NCBI GenBank assembly: GCA_051362555.1
Contig: CM120648.1
Coordinates: forward strand, 17,356,587 to 17,420,586
Source: Lingula anatina
Lineage: Eukaryota; Animalia; Brachiopoda
Length of the DNA stretch: 64,000 nt
Reading direction: 5' to 3'
Part shown: one piece after another, positions 35,765-49,103 of the stretch
Position numbering within the stretch: the first letter of the stretch is position 1
Layout: each line of letters starts with the position of its first letter
Position numbers and translations under genes: made by a program
Notes under the pieces: model-generated
What the model was told of the DNA's origin: nothing
Databases searched by the model: none
The model's input: only the letters and a program-made list of their open reading frames with translations

Positions 35765-35935
35765 CCAGCAATGCTAGCACTGAATGATCAACATGAGTAC
35801 AATATAGTAGCTGAAGAGATGCTGGGCTTAGAGCGAAAGCAACGCTAAACATGGGGCAATTATACGTTATACAGTGGATAATACATGTATGCCTACAATA
35901 TATGTTGTATACAATGTAAAGGGAGCACAATAAAG

Positions 35936-35967
<32 letters not shown>

Positions 35968-35990
35968 TTATTATTGTTGTTGTTGTTGTT
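35704..35990. repeat. (TAT)n/(TGT)n trinucleotide tracts in the HES(+) 3' UTR
   Basis: Runs at about 35730-35765 and 35936-35990. Confidence 0.85.
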
Positions 35991-36744
35991 GCGTGTACGA
36001 TGTGATGTTTTACGTATCAATGGATCAGAATATCACAAATTATACAATTCTGCGTAAGCTTCTTTCTAGTTTTGATGACGTGTTTGTCAATGGGGAGAAT
36101 TAGTTTAAAGCGTACCTGTTTGTCATAAATGATCCAATGAAAAGCATGTTATTGAATCATGCTAAATTCCATTAATTTACCACTTTTATGAATAATAGTT
36201 TTAATACCATAAAACATACACATATACAACTGTGTGCGCAATTCTAGTGGTTTTTCATGTCCTAGTATATATTATGTACAGTAATTGCTGTATAGGGTAC
36301 TGTTAATTTCACACTGTTTTTTGCTATCTTTATGATAACAGTACAGGCCTATGAAATAAAGCATGGGGCATAGTAGCACTGCCCTTTAAGGTGAAAAAAG
36401 TATAATTTTGAAATATAATTGTTTTAAAGGTTATCCAGAATAAGAAATAGTGAACACATCAATTCAAATTGAATGTAAAATAATCTATTTTAGTTTCCTC
36501 GTGATTAAAAAAAAAAGAAGTAATGCAACAGAGGGATAGCGTTTCTTAAAGTAACTGTTACACTTTAGACGTACATGTATAAGATCTGATGAATTCCTTT
36601 TCACAGCCAAAAAACTTTTTTGTAGACAACTACAAATGCCGCTTGTTGATAAACTCTTATCAAGTGAGAGCAGAAAACATTTCCGGAGTGTTAAAATGCT
36701 GTTTAGAGGCGATCAGAACTACCTTTAGGCCTATACATATTTAA

Positions 36745-36824
36745 GCACCTTGAAAGATCTACATTATAGTTGTTAAATACAATCGATTGTATTTAACAAC
36801 TATAATGTAGATCTTTCAAGGTGC
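36745..36824. repeat. Perfect 80-bp spacerless palindrome
   Basis: 40-bp arm GCACCTTGAAAGATCTACATTATAGTTGTTAAATACAATC followed immediately by its exact reverse complement. Confidence 0.95.
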
Positions 36825-39167
36825 ATCAATATATATACTTCTATTTTTATCAAGATCTATACGGTGAATCAACATGAATCCTCAAAGTACCTTTAGGCCT
36901 ACTACGTGATCAGGAAGCAATCGCTCTCTCTCTCTCCTTTCCCGCGCCACATGAGTGTGCTTTGTCAACTAACAACTACTGTTACTTTTAGCTGTAATTA
37001 GGCACACCTGGTCAATATTAGCACGACCTCTCTCTCATGGGTAAACAAGCTATAACAATGCCAGAGCGTTCGCGCCAAAATTGGAGGCACACTTTTCTAT
37101 TAATCCGTAATGATACGAAAGACCGGGGTGAAATAATAACTTCCTCGGGGCAACTTATGTGGGCACGGGCAGAAAAGAGGTGCAGTTTTGGGGGGTGTTT
37201 TTGTTATTCTTCTCGTGTTTTGCATAATATTTTCCCACGAAACTAAATCTTTTCTTGTTTGTCATACTTCCCTTAAATAACAATGACGTCTTCAAGGTAA
37301 ATGAATTTTAGGGTGCATCTACACGAAAACGTAATAAATCGATCTGAAGGCCGTTGTCTATAGTTTTACAAAGGTGATTGAAATTAATATGATGGAAACA
37401 GAGAATATGTCCTGAAGATAAAGTTATCATTTTTTGGGAGTAAGGAATGCTTCACGTTGCCGATCCATTGCAATTGAAACAGTCCTGATTAAATTTAACC
37501 TGCTTAATTGACTTCGATCCACCTGAGCTAAGTAGGAACGCGGCCCTTGCTGTCCTTCCACGCCAGGATATATAACTATCTGAGACCAGAGAACTGTTGC
37601 TTTAGAAAATATCAGACGCAGGCAATAAACACCGTGAATAACTAAACACCGTAACAAATCACTGGGGATCTTTTGTAATGGCATCTGGGATTCGATCTTA
37701 ATTAGCTAGACTAGTATCGATTTCTTCGACCTCTTGCGACATCCATTGATTTACCTTGGATTGGAGAAAACAACCGCGCGTGATTTGCTCACAGCGACGG
37801 TGCTGCTTTTTAAATGCAACTTAAATACTGTGTTCCGGCCAATTCACTGCTGAAATGAATGATGATTCGCAAAAGAATGCTAAATATATTTTCAGAGGGA
37901 GTCCAATTTTTTTCCTGAGATAGCCTAACACTCTTGAATTATAAAATAAAACAGTTGGGATGACATTTGAAATGAATGGATGGGGTAAAGCAGCATCGCT
38001 CATTGAAAGACAACACGACCAAATTCGATTTTGTGGCGTTTTTGGTTAATAGCTCGCCCTATGAATTCAGGATGGGTCGTCCTTACTCACAAGATAGAAA
38101 CTACTGCCTAGTCTTTATAATGAAACGCACGAAGGCCTACTGGTTAATAATTTTGAATAGTGTTTGCGATTCTACATGTATAGCCTATTGAATTTTGACT
38201 GCAACTTATATTTGTTTTCATGGGTTATTATGCCTTTCTTTACATCATGTTAACTGGTTCGTTTTTACACTTAAACTGGTCTGTACAAGGTTGTGCTAGG
38301 CAACTTTTCTGACTAAGTAAGCTTTCTTTACATGTGCTTGAAGGCATACAGTATCTTCTCGACAAAAATAGAGTTAGCAGGGGCGGATAGATGCCGTCTT
38401 CTGGAAGACGGTCAGATTTTTCAAGATTGTAATGAAAAGATCTTTTTCGTCGGAAGATGGTCAAACATGAAGGTTGGATCATTGTAAGAATGTCAGAAAA
38501 TATTTCTAGTTCCGCCCCTGGTTAGGCTGCGCAAACTGGTGTGTCTGAAAAGCAGTTCGTGGTGGTTAATCATCCTTTACACGGCAGTTTCCGCTCGAGA
38601 TAACAACACAACAGACAACAGTCCAGCCAAACATGATAATCTTTTTTTACGGGAAGTTGTAGTAGGGAAGTTATACCTCTATTCGTAGCTGATATTTCAC
38701 AGACTTCCTCTCTATTGTTCGGAGATCAGATTATACCTGTAACTGGGCATCTTCAGTGTGCGGAGGCCTGATAATTGATCTGACAAGATAAGATAATCCA
38801 GAGGATAGACACTGAATAGGGAGGACGAAGAACTGACTTTGTTGCATTTATTTTAAATATGGAGACGGCATATCTGTTTGAAATCAATTTTAATGGATTT
38901 CAAAAGGAGACTGTATTTTCACCATTCTTTATGTCTCTTTATCTCCCATAACCGATGCTTGAGGGCATGAAACAGGGCCTACATTAGCCACGCGTCTTCG
39001 AGCTGTCTGACGCACTTCTGGGGTGTGTCGCTAACTTCAGTTAAGAGGACGGGCAACAAACATAGGACAAAGTGAGATCGGCCTTTGATGTCAGTTGAAA
39101 TTCGTCAGTTGATAGGTGCTCGTTTTTTCTGTTCTTCTTTTCTATCTTAGGGTGGTCTTTTTAACAA

Positions 39168-39219
<52 letters not shown>

Positions 39220-42200
39220 CGTTTTCTTTAGGTCTCTTTCGACTTAAAACTTCTCCGTTTCCCAGGGTTGTGTTTACGCTTACACATTCCACATGCCAGA
39301 CCCACAACTCCCCATTGTCCACCCTCAATTTTTTTGCTTCTTACAAGAAACGCCGAAGTGCAAAACTACAGCAGATAGAATTTAAATCCATAACCTATAT
39401 TTGTGTAAAAACGCCTAGGTACATGTAATTGTTTCTAAGAAGTCGTATTTTTCCACAGACCAAGAATATCGTTTTTCATAACACAATGTTCTTGTTTTAC
39501 CCTTGATAGATAACATGACGACACAAAGTGTTTATGTTCATATTTATTTGTACATTAACAGCGTCATTCCTTTTATGATGGTATCCCTTTAGAATGTAAT
39601 ACTAAGACAGATAGGCCGCACAATTATGAAATTTTATACGTGTAAATGTCTTTATAATGTTCCCTATACTAGACCTATACATTAAGACATAGTGGGAAAT
39701 GCCTGGCTTCTTCTATCGAACACGCCATATGGTACATGTCCATTGTTTTAGAAATATGGATGATGGGCTTGACCATCAACAATATTATGTGTCAAATTAA
39801 AGGGACGGGTTTGAGTTAAGTTTTATTATACAACATATGATGTGTATCAAAGCATATGGCATAAAGATAGATTTCTTGAACTGTCATCTCACCTGGATTA
39901 TTATGTTAAGAAATACCTTTAAACACCCCGATATCACACAACAAAAGGATCATTTCAATCCTGTCATTCTCCTAACACGCCCGGGAGATCAAAGGAATTT
40001 CCCGACAGTTATCAATGTGTAGGATTGAAGATGGGCCAGTGTTACAGGTGTTAGTGTATAATTAACTCCGAGTTAACGCGAATAGAGACATAACCCGTAC
40101 CTAAATATTTGACACATGTTTGGCGGAGCGATCGCCTTTTATCAGTGGTCAAATAAAGGCGTTAGGAGGGGACTGGAACCCTTTTCATATCTAAGGTTAC
40201 AATGACAGTGCTTCGTAATTCAGGCTTTCAGAGACGCTTTTTCAATGAGCGGCGCCTTGCCCAGTAATGCGACGCTGCATTTTGGCTTTTATGTGCAATT
40301 CGCCATTTTTCGTTCACTTTATAATGCACAGTTAATGGGCGTAGCGTCCTTAATAAAGAGGCAACGCTTACTAATTAAGATGTCTATCTTCTTGAAAATA
40401 AGGTATGTCGTAACTTGCAGGATGTCAGTTAGATTTGAATAGCTTTTACTTGGACTCAATTACTATGTAAACTGCTGCAGTATATAAATTTTTACTACAT
40501 CTTAACCCCCCCCCCCCCACCCCACGTAAAAATATCTTTGCGAATTCGGATCGGTTAAATTTTACCAAAACAGCAAACGAGAGATTTTTTAGAAAGTTTC
40601 CTGGCTAAAGCAACGTAAAAACTCCTCTGCCTGAAAAAAAATATACTGTAGTGCTGAAAAAGTTAAAGGCCTTTATGGTTCATGCTATTCTCTAAAGACT
40701 GAATGAGCAAATGGACAGTAAGATATAAAAGTACCATTGTCAAAATTTTAAAGTAATATCTGAACGTGAGCAGGAGACTGATATTCGGAGAAAATTTAGG
40801 GAAGTTAAAAACTTTCTTGTTCGAAAGGACATCTTTATCTCAAATACCCATGAAAGTGAGATAAACTACCTTTAACGTCAGATGTATATCTTATCCCATC
40901 AGATAACGCCAGATTTGGCAAAAGTGTGAAATCCTGTCGCGGAAAGTATATCACAGTCTTAAATATGACAGGCATGTTTATAATACTTGATAAAAGGCAG
41001 GTATTAAATCAAAGATTGGGGCATCTTATCTCGTCGTCTTGTTAACTTTACCAGCTGTAAAATGTCATTACGTACATGTATGGCACGCGTTGCAACTTTG
41101 GAGCGACGAAATTGTCTTTCTTTCTGATAGAAATAGAAATGTATTTAATGTTTTATATGGAACTGAAGAACGCTGGCATTTAATCTGGAATGTATTTTCA
41201 GAATAGTATATTTTTTAAAAAGTTGATTTTGGTAACGTTTAAAATCGGCACAGGCATAGTGAAATAAAATGCAGATGTATTTGAGGGATCTAGTCATTCT
41301 TAGTGGAGAAATAAAGAGAATAAAGGACCTACATCCACAGTATTAACTAAGTTAAGCGAGCCACAGCTTACCCCAGATAAGACCGGGTATATTTCAGAAC
41401 AAATTAAGACTTAACTCAGACGCTGAGTGGCGTCACCATTGTGACGACCTTAAATTAAACGCCTACACTAAATGCACCAGTGTCCAAGTTAAAAGACGCG
41501 CGATTATTGCGTCTCCCAAAGTGATTTATGATTCATAAAGAATTGTATTGTATCGCTCTCGGACTATTATCACGTTAACATAGCCATCAAAGGTCTCGAC
41601 GACGTGTCCCCTGCACAAAGTTACGTGTCTGTGTCCAAGGTGATAATTAAGATATATAAACACGACGACAGAGGATACCAGATATTTCTGTTAAGTAAGA
41701 ATTTTCAATCTTGGACCCTTGATACAGGCACTCTGTGTCTTCAGTGGTGTTGGTAACAAGACAATAATGGGCAAATATCCTGTTTAGATCCAGTGTATAT
41801 ATATCATGCAATACTTGTTTATATTAGAATTTACAGAAATAGTGGAATATGTTTAATGCTTTTTAAATAAGGTTTATTTTTCATTAAGGTAAATTTCAAA
41901 TTATCTAAAAAAAAAAAGGGAACCACAAATAGATATTTTGTGAACTATGGAGCATGGACATAAAAATCTATTGAGTTCGTTACCTTTGTGCAGCCTTATT
42001 ACATATTTTGTCCAACATTAAGCAGTATGACTCACGTCGAGTTCTTATTCAGATCTACCTGAATCGCTAAGCTTTCTCACACTTCCTTCTCTGATCCCGA
42101 CTGAGGTTGTCAACTCATTGACCTGCGGGACGCCTTAATTGTGTGCTTGTGCCTCCAGGTCACGTGCCATAATACTAAATATTTGCAAAGGATTTCCCGT

Positions 42201-42714
42201 GTAAACAATCATATTTTTCTTGCCAAAAGTTGCGAAAACATGGGCTATTTGGACTGAGGCGCGACCTTCTCTATAGCGATGTACAAAGAGCAAAGATCTC
42301 GAGCGTGTGACTTTTGATTTTTAGGGACATGAATGATCAGAAACAAGACACAGCGCAGGAAAATTCCAAATTTGGAGCAAGTAATGATGCTGATGAAATT
42401 AAAATCATACAATATAACTGTAGAATGCAAGTTATGAATCAAAAAGATATTTTTTAAAGTCAGAATATGGGGAGGACGATTTTTTATTTCTGATGGCAAG
42501 TAGGCCTAATCGCCTTAAGCGTTCATACTTCGACTGTAGAAAAAATAATAAGAGACGTTGTAGGATAATATTGTTTGCAAGAAACGCCTGGTAAATTACG
42601 TATGTTTTGCTGATCTTGATTAAATGAAAGAATTACACAGATAAGAAGTGCAGTCGTGATAAAATAAATGATAATTGATAACAACAACGACAGATTATGA
42701 TGACATTTTTGGCA

Positions 42715-42727
42715 TTTATTCTTTGGT
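42715..42727 (-). promoter_or_regulatory. miR-9-5p 8mer site (ACCAAAGA) overlapping an AATAAA signal in the HES(-) 3' UTR
   Basis: Minus strand reads ...GCACCAAAGAATAAATG... Confidence 0.6.
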
Positions 42728-43000
42728 GCGAAAGCAAAACCACCCGTAAGTGAAAACAAATATCCCTCAATTATCGTAACCAAGGACCAGTATTAACTCA
42801 AATCCTTATCTGTCCATAAAAAAACAAAGTTCACTAAAGTTGAGATCATTAAGAGCACAAACATAAATACAAAAATAAAAACCCCAGTTGTCTCAGCCCA
42901 AGACACCCATATAATCTGAAAACGTATTCCCTTCAGTTCGCTTTTAAAACGTGTTTTAAGAACATTACATTTGGCATATGTTAAGTCAGTTAAAGTCTGA

Positions 43001-43008
43001 ATAAAGCT
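43001..43008 (-). promoter_or_regulatory. Brd box (AGCTTTA) just after the HES(-) stop codon
   Basis: Minus strand TGA AC AGCTTTAT; seed match for the miR-79/miR-9-3p/miR-4 family. Confidence 0.5.
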
Positions 43009-43010
43009 GT

Positions 43011-43615
43011 TCACCATGGACGCCACACAAATCTATCTCGCTGTCTCTTCTCCGGCCCTGGGGTGTACAGTTCATTTTTGACACATTCGATAACCTGCGC
43101 ACGCGCAAGAGGGTCATACACTTCCGGCGGAGTGACAACAGACACTGCTGCGGGCGTCGTGAAGAACCCTTTGCAAGTGTCCAACTTAAAATTAAACTGT
43201 CCGTTTGTGGCGTATGACGACCCAACAATAGGACTGTTTGGACAAGAGGACGTGCTTCCATTGGGCGAACTAGGCGCGGAGGATACAGGAGACACTGGCT
43301 CAGATTTCATGATAAACTCATTTCTTCTCACACAGTGTGGGGACACCACTCCTGCCACGAGGGCGACGGGGGGAGGGGCGGTGAGCCTCTGCTCTGTCTG
43401 TCCCGCTGTTGGCATCTGTTGAATACTACCAGACATGTTGGCTGGGATGTCTGAAGATGATCCCTGCATTCTGTTGGCCAGGAAGTTAAGCATGCGCACT
43501 CGCATCTCGGCGTCTACACCGTCTGTGTTGGCAAGATATCTGGACACCTCACTGATACACTCCTTGTAGCCGGCTTTGTATTTGTCCATGACGGAAGGAT
43601 GGAAGGCACCGGCAG
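43011..43615 (-). CDS. hes: HES(-) exon 4, Orange domain to WRPW
   Basis: ttctAG acceptor; ends WRPW-TGA. Confidence 0.95.
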
Positions 43616-44890
43616 CTAGAAAATAAAGAAAAGGGAAAATAAATAACATGTTATTTTTGTTTACTTAACATACCTTGTTGTTTACCGAATTAAGCACATT
43701 ATTTATCATGAGACAACGTTATGATTACAATTTTTTCTTAAGAAATATCCTAAATATATTATGAAGGTGAAAAAATGCATATTCCCAAAATATGACAAGG
43801 TATAAGTAAAACAAGGTGTTTGGATGTGAAACTTACCATAAACATGCCTTCTGTTAATGTCGTTGAGGTGTCTCACAGCGAGCTCCAAAATGTCTGCCTT
43901 CTCCAGTTTACAATGGTTGTATCTCTGCAAACATAAAAACGATAAACATGAGCATACACACATAAAAACCAGCACTTTATCACATGCAATGAAAATGTTG
44001 GTCGTGTTTGCTTTGATCAAAGAACCATCAAGGACAGCATTGAAATCACGCTCGCTCATCGTGTTGTTAAAAAAGCAATTAATGTCAGGATTATGCAACT
44101 GGACATTCTTTCTCATCTTAACTCTAAATTAAACTCTTAAACTGCAGGTCTAATTCCGTGTTTGTTAATGCTCTGGCACGACGTCTGCGACCTCTGACAT
44201 CATTATCACAAAAGAAATGGAATGTCTGGCGGTTCTCCGGCGTGCCAGTTTAACTCGTTAATGTCGAATCGTGTCGTTAATGTCAACATAGTACACGGCG
44301 CATTGTCACACGCTTGCTGGGACGCGCGATAGCTCGGTGACATCATAGCGAGTCGTAAACAAGCACGTTAACACGACTGGTAACAGAACAACACAGAACT
44401 TCACAGTTAACCTACCTCTCTGATAATGACGTCGTGGAGGAGAGTCTTAAGTTCTGTTAGGCTGGCGTTGATGCGGGCTCGGCGTTTGCGCTCCATCAGA
44501 GGCTTTGTAATCTGTAACACGAAGAGACGTTTAAGTTAGCATACCATCATGATGACTGCTATAAAATACTCATATATAAATATGCTCTTTAAAAACAGAT
44601 ATTCCCTGGTAAAAATTTGTTTTAAACATGCCAAAAACACATAAATATAAACATAAATTCGAGCTCTGTAAATGCTGAATCTGCCATTGCATGAGACGAA
44701 GCCATTGACTTGGAACTACCGTTACATTCAGTTATTTCTTATCTCACGTTCATTGCTATCACGTATAGCGTGATTCAAAGTATCAATACTCCTATAAACC
44801 ACCTAATTTTTTAACCACAAAGACAAATCCTACCTTTCTATGGTTTCTCTGCATGTCGGTGTCGCTGGTCTTTTCTATGAGCACGCTCAT
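43011..44890 (-). CDS. hes: Hairy/Enhancer-of-split family bHLH-Orange repressor with C-terminal WRPW (~281 aa, 4 exons)
   Basis: Exons 44890-44834 (MSVLIEKTSDTDMQRNHRK), 44511-44416 (ITKPLMERKRRARINASLTELKTLLHDVIIRE), 43924-43837 (RYNHCKLEKADILELAVRHLNDINRRHVY), 43615-43011 (Orange KYKAGYKECISEVSRYL...FVWRPW*). All GT/AG and phase-consistent. Confidence 0.94.
43837..43924 (-). CDS. hes: HES(-) exon 3, loop and helix 2
   Basis: ttgcAG/GTaagt; KLEKADILEL; 88 nt. Confidence 0.94.
44416..44511 (-). CDS. hes: HES(-) exon 2, basic region and helix 1
   Basis: ttacAG/GTaggt; KPLMERKRRARIN; 96 nt. Confidence 0.94.
44834..44890 (-). CDS. hes: HES(-) exon 1 coding part
   Basis: aacATG...AGA AAG|GTagga; ends in RK. 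Confidence 0.85.
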
Positions 44891-44996
44891 GTTGAAATAA
44901 ATCCTTGAATTGAGTAAGATTCCGTTAGAGAGCGAAGATATGTGTTGTCTGTTTGAATGTACAGGTATTCTGTCATCTGTAGGAATTAAGTTTCCC

Positions 44997-45528
44997 TTTA
45001 TATCAGCCACATACATCGGAACGTGGGAAAGTTGTGACAAAGTCAACATACCTGGACTTTCAACCAATCAAAACGCACGTCTGATTCACCTGGGGTAGTA
45101 AACCCTGCGCTGATTGGTTCGAGTATTGCCATAAGGCATATACTCTTAATTTGATAACAATCGTCGCAAATTGCCGGTCGTATTCAAGGTCGCCCTCGGA
45201 CAGATGGTAATCTGCCGGCACGCGCTCGGCTTATTGTGCAGGCATGGGAAAACTCCGCCCCCTTGCCTTCGGTCTTTGTCACCTGCTTTTCGCCTGTGTC
45301 CCGGATCGCGCGTCTCTGCTATTGAAATGCCTCCACTGGCGGCGTAATAGTGACACGGTAGAGGTCCTCGGTGTTAATACAGGTATGAGAGCGTGGGAAC
45401 CCTTGGCTCTCACCGAGACACACAATACAATACTGGATACTGACGCTTGTACGCTTTGTGTGCGCTAAACGCAGATGCCGTTAGAATAAAGAAGGCAAAT
45501 TAAATTTGTGTACCCGTTCGCGTGGGAA
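44997..45528 (-). promoter_or_regulatory. Proximal promoter of HES(-): TATA box, CCAAT boxes, Su(H) sites, HES-type site
   Basis: TATAAA (minus) 44997-45002; CGTGGGAA at 45022, 45392 and 45521; CCAATCA ~45064 and TGATTGG ~45111; GGCACGCG ~45216. Confidence 0.72.
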
Positions 45529-48500
45529 AGTGAATACTCAGAAAGGAAAATTGGCCTGGGCTGTTATTACATTCATCTTAAGAACATTAAATAGTGATAT
45601 TATGCACATCCCCAGTAACGGAATTAACGGATTTTGATACACGCTCCAAACGATTTTAACGGGTCATTTCGTTATTTACCGATATCTCTTTCGGATTAGG
45701 GTGTGTCAGTGAAAGAGACATGAGGCTTGTATTGATGTTGAGAAAGTTGAAGATAGACGGTTGAAAGATAAGCTTTTATGACATAAATGGGGCACATAGC
45801 ACACTATAATGGGGGTATTTACATTTAGCACTTGTTGACTAAACGGAGGGGGCGGTGATCTCCCTCACTAGTCTTTGTCCTTTTACTTTTCTTCTCCACA
45901 CGTTTAAAAACCATATTGCACCTTGAAAAATATACCACTTTGGGAAGTTTAAAAATGAATTTTATTTTGCACTCTCATTGTTTTTATATGCGACCCTCAC
46001 ACAATTTGATAATTATGGTATACTTCAGTATTGAATACACAAACTACTCAATACAGCAAATAAACGTACCCAGTATATAACAACTATTTTCGTTTCATTT
46101 TGTACGTAGGTGTGCACTATTACCTAACATAGAAAAATGATAAATAAAAACATCGCCGTTGTTTATTTAGAGTGGACGACGCAGGCGCCGCGTGTTCGGA
46201 CATTGCGGATTTTGAGCGTTTTGACTGCTCACGTGCATTTCTTTACACAGAGAATATTTTGGAAAGTTGCTAAATCAACATTGCGAAAAGGGCGCCAAAA
46301 TGAGCAAACAAATTGCAGGACTGCTTTTAAAATCAACAAAACTTAAATTATGAGATATAAAGAAGAATAAAATGAATTATTTTGGTGTATTATAGGATTG
46401 CGACATGGATTATTAACAATGAGAATTAACGGGAGATTTGAGAAAATATCATCAGCTCTTGGTTTCCGTTCCATTTAATTGGAGACGAGAATGCTCAAAT
46501 AAAAGTTTGTAATTACCTACAATTAAGACATAACTGGGAAGAATGGAACGCCGTCTTAATACGGCACCAGCACGCAAGTCGTACATTCTAGACTGTTTAA
46601 AAACGTACCACGTACATGTATATTACATATGCTTCGCGTTTTGAAGGATGAGGAAAAACACGTAATGAAAAGCAAGTAAAATAGACAATTTTGGTGTCCA
46701 AATATTTCCGGAAATTAAATTTTATTTTTTTCTAAATTGTTTTGATGAATCTGAAACGCAACAAAAGACATTTCTGACAAGAATAGAGGTGTGCAGAAAA
46801 AGGGACAAAAAACAAAACTTTGAGACCAGTTAGCGAAAATGCAATAAAAAGCACATCCCTCAGGGTTTCTTCCACTCTTGTTCAAAATAAACAAACAAAT
46901 AAATAAGAAGAGGAGAAAAAGAGAATACTCCCAATGTAATGCAAGTGCCACCGAAATAGAGTGCCACACCTGAACGCAAAGTTTTTCACACAAATCATAC
47001 CCCGACGATCTGTTTACTAGTTACCGAAAGCTTGTCTGGCTGTCACCAGCAATTTTCGTCATCTCCCAATCTCCTCCGGTGCCGGTGTCACCAAACTTAC
47101 CCATGACAGGTTTCTCACACGTGAAAATACCGAAGTGCTATCACTCCGCTGATATGAACTGATTGTATGATTATTTGCTGCAATCTCCTATCGATAAGGA
47201 CACTTACAACTGACAAACGGGAGAGTGCAGCTACTTAGCCCTCTGTGAGAAAACACTGATATGAGGGGTTGACGGTTCTGTTCCTTATCCATGTGGTTAA
47301 TCTCTCTCACGATTAACTCACGACGTCATGGCCGACGAACCGGGAAACGAACCGGAGGCGCGTGACAAAATCTGACCAAACAATCTGCCGCGTTTACACG
47401 ACATAAGAACCGCTCTCCGGTTAGTGTGATTCACCTTCTAGTGAAAATTAAGCCGGGTTGATATTGTGTTATAGTTTGGGAAGCGCATCGAGAAAATTTT
47501 TTTCATAAGGCAAGGTTTCTTCTGAACAAGGAGACTGAATTAATTCACAGACGGCGTATTATTAGTATAACTTTTTAAAACTTGGGTCACTTCTCTCGAT
47601 TTTGTACCCCATTTAGTTTTAAAGAAAACACTGTGTTAATAAAACGAGTACCCAGTCTTTTTGGTATTCATTTTCCTGTTTAATATTGTATGGAATAAAT
47701 ATATTTCTGCTAATGTCTATTGTTAAAAACTAAAAAATAAACTGACCAACTCTAACATTATCATTACAATCTTCCTGAACTAAAATCTGAGCCGTGTAAT
47801 TCTGCTGTAGGTCTTACGTGTACGTATGTTCATGTTATCTCAGCTCGTAAACAGCCACAGATAAGAAAACGAGGAGAGAACGGGTAGTTGACAATCTAAC
47901 GGTGTATGAGAACAGGACGATAAAATCTCCGGATGGACGGTTAATGATAGTGCCCCCCTCCCCCACGAGGCACGCGCTGACGAACCGTGTGAAGGGGGAC
48001 ATTGGTGAAAATACGAGGAAGACCAACAGGGAAGATTGCTATCTTTTCCTTTGATGATGTCCCGACACGGACGCGAACCTCTGCATGTAAATATTTAATT
48101 TTAGAAATAAACAATTATAATAAAAGTGATTTACATATAATAAATAAAGTAGAATTAATTGCACGAGGGTCAAAATAAAGAAAATACAGACCTACAACAG
48201 GGTAGCATTTTTCTCATAAATCATTAATTAATTATCATTTGTGGCTCGCCACCAAAATCTATTTGTTTCTCAGTTACTTCTTTTTTAACCTTACCTGACA
48301 ATTTCATCAAAACCCGTTCAAACTTTAGTCTGCTGTGGCTGACAGAAAGGTAGATAGGCAGGTCAACAGAGAGAAATGAAAACATAATTCCCTTGGCTAG
48401 ATAATAATACGCCAAAAGCTTATATCATCATGAGACGAGCACAATGACAACAAAAATTTCGAAAATTCGGCAAGTTTGTGCACATGTATCGTGTGTTTTA

Positions 48501-49103
48501 TAAGCAAGTCATTCATTTCTATGATTAATTCGTCAGTAGCTGACTATTTCAAACACTCAACGAAGACGAAAGTTTAGATGATGAGAAAGATATCCTAAAC
48601 ACAAACAAAATATTATGTATATGTACAGATGATAGATGACAATAAAGGCAGCGTATCATGACTACGCCGGTACATTGAGGAATCTGGGAGCTAAATTCGC
48701 ACGCTTTCATTTTTTCTGTAAATGTATTCTTTTGTCTCTAAATCCAGGGTGTCTATAATTCCGGGCTATTGCCTGTCATTTACGACCTTTTACGACACCA
48801 TATGTGAGAAACTCGCCTATCGTCTGCCTCGAGAGGCTCTCACGCTTTCTCACGAATTTATCTCGCAGGCGCGAGAACTATTTGCATACTGGCCCTGATA
48901 GCAGCTCCTGGAGGGAGAAGAAAATATGGTAGCTAACTACAGGTATTTAAGAACAAAGTGAAATCCTGACCTCCACAATTGCCACAGGCGTTTATAAATA
49001 TATGACTTAACCACACATTTCCATAAAGTATTTGATGTGAACGCGAAGTCTCTCTCTCTTTTTCTCTCTCTCACCCCTTCTCCCCCGCCCCCTTCTACCC
49101 TAT

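Noticed and set aside
36001-36006. K-box core TGTGAT in the HES(+) 3' UTR
   Set aside because: Only the 6-mer is present, without the cTGTGATa context, which is expected by chance.
43063-43422. Plus-strand ORF overlapping HES(-) exon 4 (likewise 34699-35067 and 35388-35606 over HES(+))
   Set aside because: Shadow frames of real coding exons.
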